From positions 62,000,001-62,064,000 of the forward strand of contig CM059430.1 in the NCBI GenBank assembly GCA_030390025.1: 64,000 nt of DNA, given 5' to 3'. This document shows positions 35,596 to 46,890 of this stretch, one piece after another. A program made the position numbers and the translations under genes. The notes beneath the pieces were generated by a model, which saw only the letters and a program-made list of their open reading frames with translations, was not told where the DNA came from and ran no database searches. Source of the stretch: Squalus acanthias (taxonomy: Eukaryota). Each line of letters starts with the position of its first letter. Position 1 is the stretch's first letter.

Positions 35596-36165
35596 TTAAG
35601 TAAATAATTTGGAATGGTCACTCAGTTTCAATGCCGTCGATTTCAAAGACATTTATAGTGTCTGTGTAAAACCTTGCATCATTTTCAATATCACATTTAT
35701 CCGACACCGTTTGGAATCCCAGCCCCTGTAATGATCTGTAATCACATGCAGCCATTCCGAGCTTCACACAAACTAGTTACAGATCGCAATGGACTGATAT
35801 TGAAACTGACGACGTGAAAAAGGCAGATTTCAGATATCAACTACTCCAAAATGTACATTTCTATTATAAATATGTAGATATTCTGACCAATAATTTTATT
35901 CTGTGAGGATCGCTGCACTTCAAAATCCCTAATTTATTGCTGCTGACGGCAATAGACAATCACAGAGCCACTTGTTCCCTCGGCTTTTTGGAAAAGAAAC
36001 AACACTGAAGGTAAAAACTTTGCTTGATTTTTTAAAGCGGTATCGCGTCCCAGTGATGATCATAATGACTAGAAATGCCAATCTAGAAAATGTACTCCCA
36101 GAAACCCTGATATATGAAAGTTTACCGCCACAATCCAGTATCATAGTACGACACAGCACAGCACT

Positions 36166-36716
36166 GAATGAGGTCGTTAGGCCCTTCCTTTCTGTGCTGC
36201 CTCTTTTCTAGAGCTATCGAATTAGTGCCACTCCCCTGCACTTTCCCCATAGCCGTGTAAGATTTCTCTTCAAGTATTTATCCAATTACCTTTTGAAAGT
36301 TACTATTGAATCTGCTTCATCACCCGTTCAGGCAGTGCATTCCAGATCGTAACAACTCTCTGCGTAAAAGATATTTTCCTCACCTCACCTCAGGTTCATT
36401 TGCCAACACCTTAATTCTCTGTCCTCTAGTTTCCGACCCTTCTATCACTGGAAATAATTTCTCCTTAGTTACTCTAGCAAAACCGTTCATGAATTTGAGC
36501 ACCTCTATCAAATCTCTTCTGAACCTTCCCTGCTCTGCGTAACTGAAGTCTCTCACACCTGGTACCGTTCTAGTGAATCTCTTCTGCACCCTCTCTTAGG
36601 CCTTGGCATTCTTCCTAAAGTGTGGTGCCCCAAATTGAAAACAATACTCCAGGTGAGACCTAACCAGTGTTTTATAAAGTTTTAGCATAACTTCTTCTTC
36701 TATGCCTCTATTATTA
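36166..36716 (-). mobile_element. CR1 3' fragment
   Basis: ORF 36380-36589 (QKRFTR..RRDLIEV..TRG); boundaries approximate. Confidence 0.75.
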
Positions 36717-38658
36717 GGGTATGGTCGCATAGTGGTTATTTTACTGGAATAATAATACAGTGGCCTGGACTAATAATCCAGAGATGTGAATTCAAATCCC
36801 GCCATGGCAGCTGGAGGATATAGATTCAGTTAATTAAATAAACCTAGAATTTAAAAAGATAGTATCAGTAACGGTGATCATGAAACTACCGGATTGTCGT
36901 AAAAAAACATCTGATTCATTAATGTCCTATACGGAAGAAAATCTGCCATCCCTACCTGGTCTGGCCTATATGTGACTCCACACCCACTGCAATGCGGTTG
37001 ACTCTTAACTGCCCTCTGAAATGGCCTAGCAAGTCACTCAGTTGTACCAAACCGCTACGAAAAACAATAATAAGAATAAACTGGATGGATCGCCTGGCAT
37101 CGACTTAGGCACCGGCTTTGGGCACGACAAAAGGACACGCAGCCCAGTCGGCCCTGCAAAGTCCTCCTCACCAACATCTGGGGCTGTGTGCCAAAATTGG
37201 GAGTGCTGTCCCACAGACTATTCAAGCAACAGCCTGACATATTTATACTCACAGAAGCACACCATTCATCCAATGTCCAGACTCCTTCATCATCATCCCT
37301 GGGTATGTCCTGTCCCCCAACCAGGACAGACCCACAAGAGGTTGCGGCATAGTGGTATACATTCAGTTGGGAGAGGCCCTAGGAGTCCTCAACATTGACT
37401 CCAGATCCCATGAAGTCTCATGGCATCAGGTCAAGCATGGACAAGGAAACCTCCTGCTGATTAACACCTACCGTCCTCCCTCAGCTGTTGAATCAGTACT
37501 CTTCCATGTTGAACACGACTTGGAAGTAGCAGTGAGGTTAGGAAGGGCATATAATGTCCTCTGGGTGGGGGACTTCAATATCCATCATCAAGCTTGGCTT
37601 CATAGCACCACGACTGACCGAGCTGGCCCAGTCCTGAAGGACATAGCTGTCACGCTGGGCTTGCGGCAGATGGTGAGAGAATAAACACGAACGAAAACCC
37701 TACTTGAACTCGACCTCACTAATCAATCTGTCGCAGATGCATCTGTCCATGACAGTATTGGTTGCAGTGACCACAGCACAGTCTTTGTGGAGACAAAGTC
37801 ATTTCTTCACACTGAGGACACCCTCCATCGTGTTATGCTAAATGGGATAGATTCAGAACAGATCTAGCAGCTCAAAACTGGGCATCAATGAGGCACTGTG
37901 GGCCATCAGCAGCAGCACATTTGTATTCCACCACAATCTGTAACCTCATGTCCCGGCATATCCCTCACTCTACCATGACTATCAAGCCAGGAAACGAATC
38001 CTAGTTCAATGAGGAGTGTAGAAGAACATGCTAGGAGCTGCACCAGGCATACCTAAAAATTAGGTGCCAACCTGGGGAGTTGCAACACAGGACTAAATGC
38101 ATGCAAAATAGCGGAGGCAACAGGCTATAGACAGAGCTAAATGATCCCACAACGAACGGATCGGATCAAAGCACTGCAGTCAAGCCACATCCAGTCGGGA
38201 ATGGTGCTAGACAATTAAATAACTAATGGGAGGAGGAGGCTCCTTGAACATTCCATCCTCATTGATGGCGGAGCCCAGTACCCGAGTTCCAAAATCAAGG
38301 CTGCAGCAGTTGCAACCATATTCAGCCAGAAGTGCAGAGTGGATGATACATTTCAGCCTCCTCCTGAGGTCCCCACTATCACAGAATCCAGTCTTCAGTC
38401 AAGTCGATTCACTCTACGTAGTATCAAGAAACGGCTGGAAGCACTGGAAACAGCAAAGGCTATGGGCACAGACAGCATCCCGGCTGATGTGCTGAAGACT
38501 GGTTTCCCAGAACTAGCTGTGCCTCCAGCCAATCTGTTTCTGTACAGCTACAACGCTGGCATCTACCCGACAATGTGGAAAACTGCTCAGGTATATCCTG
38601 TCCACAATAAACAGGGCAAATCCAACCGGCCATTTAACGCCCCATCAGCCTACTGCCA
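36717..38658 (+). mobile_element. 5' half of the tRNA-headed APE-RT LINE family
   Basis: A-box-like tcgcatagtgg (36725-36735), B-box-like gaattcaaatcc (~36788-36799); APE fragments (YRPPS, VGDFN in 37352-37684); collinear with 895-4020. Confidence 0.82.
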
Positions 38659-39581
38659 AAATTTTATTTGTTCCTGGGATCTGGGCGTCGCTGGCATCCC
38701 TAATTATCCTTGAGTAGGTGGTGGTGAGCCGTCTTCTTGAACCACTGCAGTCCTTTTAGTGAATGTACTCCCACTGTGCTGTTACTGAGGGTGTTCCAGG
38801 ATTTTGACCAAATGACAATGAAGGAACGGCGATATATTTCCAAGTTAGGATGGTGTGTAACTTGGAGGGGAACTGACAGGTGATGGTGTTCCCATGCGCC
38901 TGCTGCCCTTGTCCTTCTAGGTGGTAGAGGTCGCGGGTTTGGGAGGTGCTGCCGAAAAAGCCTTGGCAAGTTGCTGCAGTGCATCTTGTAGATGGAACAC
39001 ACTTCATCCACGGTGCGCCGTTGATGGAGGGAGTGAATGGCCCAAAAATTAGTGGTACCACGCGAGAGTACGCACTGTGTACTCTCGCGTATTCTGTGTC
39101 CAATTGCCGGTTTTCTGCATGCACTGCGCATGCGCTGAAAACCGGCACTTCATGTCGGGTCAGTTGCAGGTATCTCCGAGTAATCGCGTGGGCCGGCGAT
39201 TCTGCGCGTGCGTCTGGAACTTCATGATTTTTGTGAATGATAGCAGTGTGTGTAAGCTCCTCGGAGTTACACATGTTAAAAGCAGGAGTAACAGCCATTT
39301 CTGAAGATCCGGAGAGAGCAGGAGAAATAAATCCTTTTGCAGTGGGGCTACTGAAGTGAGTTTTTTAAATCTGAAAGCCACCAAAGTTTATTTAATTAAT
39401 TCTTAGATAAGTTTGCAATTTTAAAAAAAGTTTAAAAACGGGTTTTGACCATTTGGAGTAGTATAGCAACTGTGGGTGTGTACAAGGCATATTTAGGTAT
39501 CTATCATAAATGTGAAAATGAAAGTTTACAAATGAACTGTTTACGTTTCAAAAAGTTTTAAAGATGAAAATGAGTAAGTAA

Positions 39582-39614
39582 GTATGTATGTATGTATGTA
39601 TGTATGTATGTATG
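39582..39614 (+). repeat. (GTAT)n microsatellite inside the Harbinger
   Basis: About 8 tandem gtat units. Confidence 0.9.
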
Positions 39615-39819
39615 CATTAATTTATGAAAATGTTACAGTTTTGGAAAATCAGCTAGGGCCGTGTGGCGGGTAGATGTGTTCCCAAGCCGATAGCGCACGT
39701 TTCCCACCATAGCCCGACCTGATTTTATAGCCACTCACTTAACTAAAGTTACTTTAACAACTATTTCCATTTTTTCATTACAACTTACTGTTTGAAGAGG
39801 AAGCCTGTGTGAGAGAAAG

Positions 39820-40968
39820 ATGCCCTTTCACAATCAATTCCTGTTCCTCTGTGGGATTGTGTATCAGAGAATTTTTGAATACAGACAACTAATCAGACGG
39901 AGGAACCAAGCCCGTCTCCTCCAGAGAAGGAGAAACTACTACCCACCAAATAGAGTGTACAGGGAGAGGCTGTCATTTGAGATGCTGTCGGAGGAGTTGT
40001 GTGTGAGGAGGCTGCGCTTCAGTAAAGAGTCAATTGGCCGAATCTGTGAGATGTTAAAGGAGGACCTTCAAACACGCTCGAAGAGCCGCTATGCATTGTC
40101 AGTGAGCATGAAGGTAACCACAGCACTGAACTTCTTTGCAAGTGGGACTTTTCAGGCAAGCACCGGTGACATTTCCAACATATCGAAGAATGCTGCGAGG
40201 GCCTGCATTCACCAGGTCACAGAAGCCATTTTCCGTAGGGCTTCTGAGTTCATTAACTATGACTTGTCCGCTCGCCATCAAAAGGAGATGGCGCTTGCAT
40301 TTCATAACATTGCTGGATTCCCCAAAGTGATTGGGGCCGTCGATGGAACCCATGTAGCATTGAAGGCACCAGGGGTTGCACCTGTGACATTTATCAACAG
40401 GAAGGGGTTTCATTCATTGAATGTCCAGATTGTCTGTGATGCGCATCTCAGGATCTTAAATGTGAATGCAAGTAACCGTGGAAGTAATCATGACTCCTTC
40501 GTCCTCCGTAACTCTGACTTATATGGCGCCCTCAACGCATTGCCTCCAGGATCCGCATGGATATTGGGCGACAAGGGCTACCCGCTAAGACCATGGCTGA
40601 TGACTCCCTACCGCAAGACCAATAATGAGGCTCAGGAGAGATACAACCAGGCACACGTGTCCACACGGCAAGTGGTGGAGAGGACAATCGGAGTTCTGAA
40701 ATCACGCTTCCGGTGCCTGGACAGGTCAGGGGGGACCTTGCAGTATTCTCCTCTGAAAGTGGCAAAGATTATGGTGGTCTGTTGTGCTTTGCATAACTTT
40801 GCCCTGCGGGAAGGACTGACCCTTAACGCTGCAGATGAACTACCTGCAGAAATGGAGGACGTGGACAATGCCAATGTGCCTGTGGGAAGGCATGATGGGG
40901 AAGAGCCAGCTGCTGCTCAAAGTAAGGCTGTTCGGGAGCAGCTGGTAGCCAACACCTTCACGAGGTAG
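39820..40968 (+). CDS. Harbinger DDE transposase (HARBI1-family nuclease), intact single exon, 382 aa
   Basis: FPKVIGAVDGTHV (D), NRKGFHSLNVQIVCD, GSNHDS, ILGDKGYP (D), RQVVERTIGVLKSRFRCL (E), CCALHN; AATAAA at 41028-41033. Confidence 0.95.
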   Translation: MPFHNQFLFLCGIVYQRIFEYRQLIRRRNQARLLQRRRNYYPPNRVYRERLSFEMLSEELCVRRLRFSKESIGRICEMLKEDLQTRSKSRYALSVSMKVTTALNFFASGTFQASTGDISNISKNAARACIHQVTEAIFRRASEFINYDLSARHQKEMALAFHNIAGFPKVIGAVDGTHVALKAPGVAPVTFINRKGFHSLNVQIVCDAHLRILNVNASNRGSNHDSFVLRNSDLYGALNALPPGSAWILGDKGYPLRPWLMTPYRKTNNEAQERYNQAHVSTRQVVERTIGVLKSRFRCLDRSGGTLQYSPLKVAKIMVVCCALHNFALREGLTLNAADELPAEMEDVDNANVPVGRHDGEEPAAAQSKAVREQLVANTFTR

Positions 40969-41519
40969 TGTCGCCTTGTACCTCCCCCTCCCCCTCCCCC
41001 TCCCTCTCCCTCTCCACCAGCAAGGCAAATAAAGGTACAGACACAATTTAAAGTGAAACAGTGCTCTTTTATTGCAGCATTATAGAGTTCTGAGGTTCAT
41101 TGTTGGTTTACATAGTTTATAACTTTTCAATGTTAACTAGCTACTTTTCAACTTTGTAAACAATCGTAAACAGAAATAGGTTTTAAAAAAATTTGTAAAC
41201 AGTTCCAACTTACTTTTTTGCTTCGTTAATGCAGTAAAGACATTCAAGATGGAAAATAACTCTTTCCTAAATGTAAAAAAGTTGTAATGTTCAATTTTTT
41301 TGTGCAAATAAACAATTTGAATTTTCAAAAAGTGACTAGAGGCTGTACTTTTTCAATGAAAAGCAAACTTTCAGTTTCAGTGTCAAATATATATATAAAT
41401 AAAAAAAAAGAAAACATGTAAGTTTTAAATAAAACGAAAACTTAAACAATTGAAAAATTTAACCACAAATAAACTATTCCTGAGGGTCAATGGATGTGCA
41501 TTGTGGAACATGCAACACC

Positions 41520-43085
41520 CTACTGTCTCTTGCGCTTTCCCGCTCCCCGTGACCGTTGCCCGGTGCTGCGACTTGATACGGCCCTGCTTGCCGTCTCTTG
41601 CCCTTCAGCAATTGCCTCCTGACAGGGTTGTTGCTGCTGCTGCTGCTGCAAGGCAATGTTTGCTAGCATCATCGTAGGCGGAGCAGGTGGCTCTTGGACC
41701 TGCACTGATTCTGCGCTGGGAGCAGGTAAGGTTGGTTCTGAGGGAGTCACAGTAATGGCAGCAGAAATTATTTGCATGAGTCCAACAAGAGACTAATTTA
41801 TTTGCCTAAGATCCACTCCCAAATCGGGTTTCTGCAACAGTGCGACAAGAGACTCATTTATTTTCTTAAGCTCCATTCCCTGATTCTGAGCTATGATATG
41901 ATCTTTCATTTCATTAAATGACATGCACAGACATTCCACTCCCTGCTTGACAGAGGCAAGACAATCAACTTATTTCTCTGTAAGAGAAGACATCGATTGA
42001 CTCAAGCCTTCAAGATGGTGGATGTGACCCTGCATCTCCTGTTCTGCTGCATGTATATCTGTGTCTCCCACATGCACTGTAGTATCAAGCTGCTGTCTGT
42101 TTGGCACAGAGCCAGAGTGGCCAGGAGTTGGAGAGGAAGATGGAGAGGACCTCTCCTGCAACCCAGATTCCAGAACCTCCATGTTCAATTCAGCAACAAT
42201 TTCCTCTTGCTGCTCCTCCACCACCACCTCACTCGCATCTCTCACTGGCTCGACATGCCCTTCACCAATGACCTCTTCGGCTGCAGACTCAACGCACTGC
42301 TCATCCCGTGACTGAGAAGTCTGCTGTACACCTATGTAAAGGAAACAGTAAAGATTAGCAAAGGTAAAGCATGATGTGCCACGTCACAGAAGCTGATATT
42401 CAGCACACATCACCTGTGTCTGTTCGTTCAGTTTCAAAGGGACATCCGCGAAGATATCCAAACATATGCTCGAGCCTTTCCTCATGTTCGGTTAAAGCCC
42501 TTAACGTGACAACACCACCGCCTGTCAGTGAACGTTCTCTGGCGTTGTGAGCAGTTTTACTCTAAAATTGAAAATGAAAATCTGAAATGTAAGGGTTTTT
42601 ACACCAAAACTGCATTGGCACTCACACAGTTAACTCAGTAAGCAACTCACAGCATTGCAATCAAGATGACATTAGCATTTTATGAGACTTGCCTGGCTAC
42701 AAAAGCCATAAAAATTTATGGGAGCATCTTGAGACTTCAGTTAACTCAGCTTAGCAAACAAACACTGTTTCAAAGTTTTTCATTTTAAATGTAAAGACAT
42801 TTTAACATTGACTTTTGTTATAACTATACAAACCTTGAGCGTTCGAAATAAATCGCTGAATTTTTTGCGACATTGCTCAGCTGTACGAGGAATGGTCGAG
42901 GTTGCGGTCACACTTTGAGCAACCTCTTTCCACGCTGCCATTTGGCCTTTTCGAGGCGGTTTGGACTTCTCAGTTCCAATTATCCGCAATCGCTTCGCTT
43001 CTACCTCGTCAAGAAGTGTGCAGAGATCATCATCACTGAAATTCTGTGTTCTTTTGATAAATTGGATATTGCTGATAGCAGCCAT
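41520..43085 (-). pseudogene. Harbinger Myb/SANT-like DNA-binding protein gene, 3 exons (43085-42834, 42561-42414, 42331-41520), with two in-frame nonsense codons in exon 3
   Basis: Exon 1 NFSDDD..LLDEV..AWKEVA..RTAEQCRKKFSDL; exon 2 RSLTGGG..LTEHEE; GT-AG introns with compatible phases (0, 1); stops at 41970-41972 and 41793-41795; AATAAA on minus strand at 41068-41073. Confidence 0.85.
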
Positions 43086-44554
43086 TTCCGTTTGCTGATT
43101 ATAAACAGTAAAATCAATGAAAAAAATGATTTCTTGGCGTTTAAAACTATTTAAATTACTTTAAATCTCTTTGCAAATGTTTAAAATTACTCAAATTAAA
43201 CTAAAAATCTTTAAAAGTTTTCAAAACATGCATTTAAATCCAACTTACTGTAACTGCCACGTCGAACACTGATAGAATTGTGTCTTCAGCTGCTGTGAAA
43301 CTCCATTCAATTGAGAAAAAAATTGGGGGCGTGGCCTATGGAAAAGAGACCTTAATGGGCGTGTCTTCACTCCACATCGCACGCGATGCAACGCGCACGC
43401 TGCGCTGCAGGGCAGTGTGACGTCATACGCTGCCCTGCACTCAAGCACAAAAAAGACCAAGTTCCTCCGAGGAGAAATGGAAACGGCAGACGCGGTATGT
43501 ATTACCGCGCCGGCTCCTTACCCCCGCGGGAACAGAGAGAGATCAATTTTTGGGCCAATGTTTATAGTGGTGGATGGGCTGCCAATGGAGCGGGCTGCAT
43601 TGTCCTGGATGGTGTCAAGCTTCTTGAGTGCTGTTGGAACTGCACTCATCCAGGCAAGAGAAGAGTATTCCATCACACTCCTGACTTGTGCCTTGTAGAT
43701 GGTGGAAAGGCTGCGGGGATCAGGAGGTGAGACACTCGTCGCAGAACACAAAGCCTCTGACCTGCTCTTGTAGCCACAGAATTTATGTGGCTGGTCCAGT
43801 TAAGTTTCTTTTCAATGGTGACCCCCAGGATGTTGATGGTGTTTCGGTGATAGTAATGTCGTTGAATGTCAAAGGGCTGGCTAGACTGTCGCTTGTTGTC
43901 ATTTCCTGGCACTTGTGTGGCATGAATGTTACGTACCACTTATCAGCTCAAGCCTGAATGTCATCCAGGCCGTGCTGCATTCGGGCATGTACTGCTTCAT
44001 TATCTAAGAAGTTGTGAATGGAACTGAACACTGTGCAACATCAGTGAACATCCCCACTTCTGACCTTATGATGGCGGGACGGTCATTGAAGAAATAGCTG
44101 AAGATGTTTGGGTTTAGGAGACTGCCCTGAGGAATTGCTGCAGCGATGTAATGGGGCTGAGATGATTGACCTCCAACAACCACAACTATCTACCTTTGTG
44201 CTAGGTATGACTCCAGCCAGTGGGGAGTTTTTCCCCTCACTCCCATTAACTTTAATTTTACTAGTTCTCCTTGATGCCACATTCGGTCAAATGCTGCCTT
44301 GATATCAAGGGCTGTCACTCTCACCTCACCTCTGTAATTCAGCTCTTTTGTCCATGTTTGGACGAAGGCTGTAATGAGGTCTGGAGCCAAGTGGTCCTGG
44401 CGGAACCCAAACTGAGCATCGGTGAGCAGGTTATTGGTGAGTAAGTGCTGCTTGATCGCACAGTCGACGACACCTTCCATCACTTTGCTGATGATTGAAA
44501 GTGGACTGATGGGGCGGTAATTGGCTGCATTGAATTTGACCTGCTTTTTGTGGA

Positions 44555-45720
44555 GCCTTGTCTTTTCCACTTGAATGAGAAACATTTTTCTAACCCCTCT
44601 TTGCCATTTACACCGAAATTTTCCCAGTCTCTGCTGGATAAATGATGCTCCACATTACCACTACTCTAATTTTTCTGCACCTTTCTGCAATTTGCCTGCA
44701 GATTTGCTGCTCTATCTCCTTCCCACGACTTGGTGGCCAATAGCGTACACCCAGTAGCGTAATGGCTCCTCTATTGTTCCTTAATTCTACGCAAATAGAT
44801 TATGTCTTTTAATTCTCAAGTACATAATCCCTTTCTAGTTCAGCAACAGTATCAATACTCTCACCGCACCCCTCTTTATGCCTTCCCTGTCTGTCCTGGG
44901 GGGATTGTCCTATGAGCAGAGATTGAGTAGACTAGGCCTATATTCTCTAGAAATTAGAAGAATGCGAGGTGATCCCATTGAAATATGGAAAATCCTTACA
45001 GGGCTTGACAGGATAGATGCAGGGAGGATGTTTTGCCTGGCTGGGGAGTCTAGAACCAGGGGTCACAGTCTCAGAATAAGGCGCCGGCCATTTAGGACTG
45101 AGATGAGGAGAAATTGCTTCACTCAGATGGTGGTGAATCTTTGGAATTCTCTAACCCAGAGGGCTGTGGCGGCTCAGTCGTTGAGTATATTCAAGGCAGA
45201 GCTCGATAGATTTTTGGATATTAAGGGAATTACGGGATATGGGGATAGTGGAGGAAAGTGGAGTTGAGATAGAAGATCAGCCATGATATTATTGAATGGC
45301 GGAGCATGCTCCAGGGGCCAAATGGCCTACTCCTGCTCCTATTTCTTATGTTCTTATGAATACCTTGTATCCAGGAATATTAAGTGCCCATCGCTCCCCT
45401 TATTTGAGCCAGGTTTCGTTATTGTCATTATTTCATAATCCGATGTGGCTACTTGTGTCTGTATTTCACCGACCTTATTTACCATGCTCCATGCATTTAC
45501 GCGCATGTTCGCCAAACATATCTTAGTCTGCATCGCATTTCCACCCTCTCATTCCCTCCTATTTCTGCATTGCACTTTATTCTAATGCAGGTTGTCTCTC
45601 CCAGTCCTCTGTGCACCTTGCATCTCCTCTCCAATGCTTCATCCTGGTGCCACTCCCCCACAGCACTAGTTAACTTCCCTGCGAGGACATTGGTCCCAGC
45701 CCTGTTGAGGTCAGCCCTTA
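44555..45720 (-). mobile_element. Old antisense CR1 fragment (ORF1/endonuclease region) with a nested sense CR1 3' end at ~44895-45358
   Basis: ORF 44878-45267 (RGDPIE..TRGHSL..VVNLWNSL) and ttcttatg tail; flanks resemble reverse-complemented CR1; boundaries approximate. Confidence 0.7.
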
Positions 45721-45754
45721 CATGGAAGGAAGGACGAAAGCTAGAAATAAAGAA

Positions 45755-45949
45755 NNNNNNNNNNNNNNNNNNNNNNNNNNNNNNNNNNNNNNNNNNNNNN
45801 NNNNNNNNNNNNNNNNNNNNNNNNNNNNNNNNNNNNNNNNNNNNNNNNNNNNNNNNNNNNNNNNNNNNNNNNNNNNNNNNNNNNNNNNNNNNNNNNNNNN
45901 NNNNNNNNNNNNNNNNNNNNNNNNNNNNNNNNNNNNNNNNNNNNNNNNN
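45755..45949. other. Assembly gap (195 N)
   Basis: Run of N. Confidence 1.
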
Positions 45950-46110
45950 ATATAACATCTCACCTGAATGACGGCATCTCCGACAGTGCAGCAATCCCAC
46001 AGCACAGCACTGAATTGGCAGTCTAGATTATGTGCAGAAGTCTCTGGAGTAGGGCTTGAACCCACAATCGTCTGACACAATTGCAAGAGTGCTACCAATG
46101 ATGAAGGCCT
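45950..46110 (-). mobile_element. tRNA-derived SINE 5' fragment
   Basis: B-box on minus strand (rc gtgggttcaagccc at ~46052-46066) followed by a SINE-like body (gtgctg..ggga.tgctgcactgtcggag); cut by the gap. Confidence 0.55.
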
Positions 46111-46389
46111 AACAGCACTGTTGTTGTATATTACTTCGAGTATAAGCATGGGAGATTCATAAATTAGCAAATTTGGAAGGGCGAATAATAGATTCTACAG
46201 CTTTGTACCAAGGTGAGTTTCTGGGTGTGTTTGTGGGAACAGTGCACACCTCCAATGAAACAATTTGAAAATATATTTATAAGAAACATAAATTAAAAAT
46301 AAGCGATTATTCCGAGCAAATCCTTCACTGTGTCCAATTCTGGTTATAACCCTGGGGTGCTCTTTATTTCACCTCTTGAAGTCCAAGAG

Positions 46390-46890
46390 GCGCACACTTG
46401 CAAACAAAGGAGCTGAATTCCAGAGGTGAGGTGAGAGTGACTGTGCTTGGCATCAAAACAGCATTTGACTGAGTGTGGCTTCAAGGAGCCCCAGTAAAAC
46501 TGAAGTCAATGATAATCGGGGGATAGCTCTCCACTGTCTGGAGTCATACCTAGAACAAAGGAAGATGGTTGTGGTGGTTTGAGCTCAATCATCACAGCCC
46601 CAGAACATCGCTGCAGGAGTTCCTCAGGGCAGTGTCCTAGGCCCAACCATCTTCAGCTGCTTCATCAATGACCTTCCCTCCAACATAAGGTCAGAAATGG
46701 GGATGTTTGCTGATGACTGCACCGTGTTCAGCGCCATTCACAACTTCTCTGAAAATGAATATTCCATGCCCGCATGCAACAAGACCTGGACGACGTTCAG
46801 GCTTGGGGTGATAAGTGGCAGGTAACATTCACGCCACAGAAGTGCTAGGCAATGACTATCTCCAACAGGCAAGAGTCTAACCACCACTGG
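46390..46890 (+). mobile_element. RT fragment of the tRNA-headed LINE family
   Basis: Matches the reverse complement of ~1630-2110 (GVPQGSVLGP, FADD coding sequence). Confidence 0.8.

Larger units (their letters stand above)
39039..43556. mobile_element. Complete PIF/Harbinger DNA transposon (4518 bp)
   Basis: Perfect 12-bp TIRs GGCCCAAAAATT (39039-39050) / AATTTTTGGGCC (43545-43556); 3-bp TSD AAT (39036-39038, 43557-43559); convergent transposase and Myb/SANT genes. Confidence 0.95.
38661..44554 (-). mobile_element. 3' half of the same LINE family, antisense, split by the Harbinger (LINE parts 38661-39038 and 43557-44554)
   Basis: ORF 44190-44585 (NYRPIS, QFGFR, LDIKAAFD); 3' tail at ~38661-38700; continuous across the AAT TSD. 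Confidence 0.85.

Noticed and set aside
36717-36812. Functional tRNA gene (also ~3940-4020 and ~46040-46110)
   Set aside because: Only degenerate A/B boxes with no complete cloverleaf; these are retroelement heads.
39820-40968. Domesticated host gene HARBI1 (and NAIF1/MSANTD for the Myb gene)
   Set aside because: Both genes lie between perfect TIRs with a TSD inside a LINE, so this is a transposon copy; no gene symbol assigned.
45453-46170. ORFs containing X runs
   Set aside because: Artefacts of translating through the N gap.
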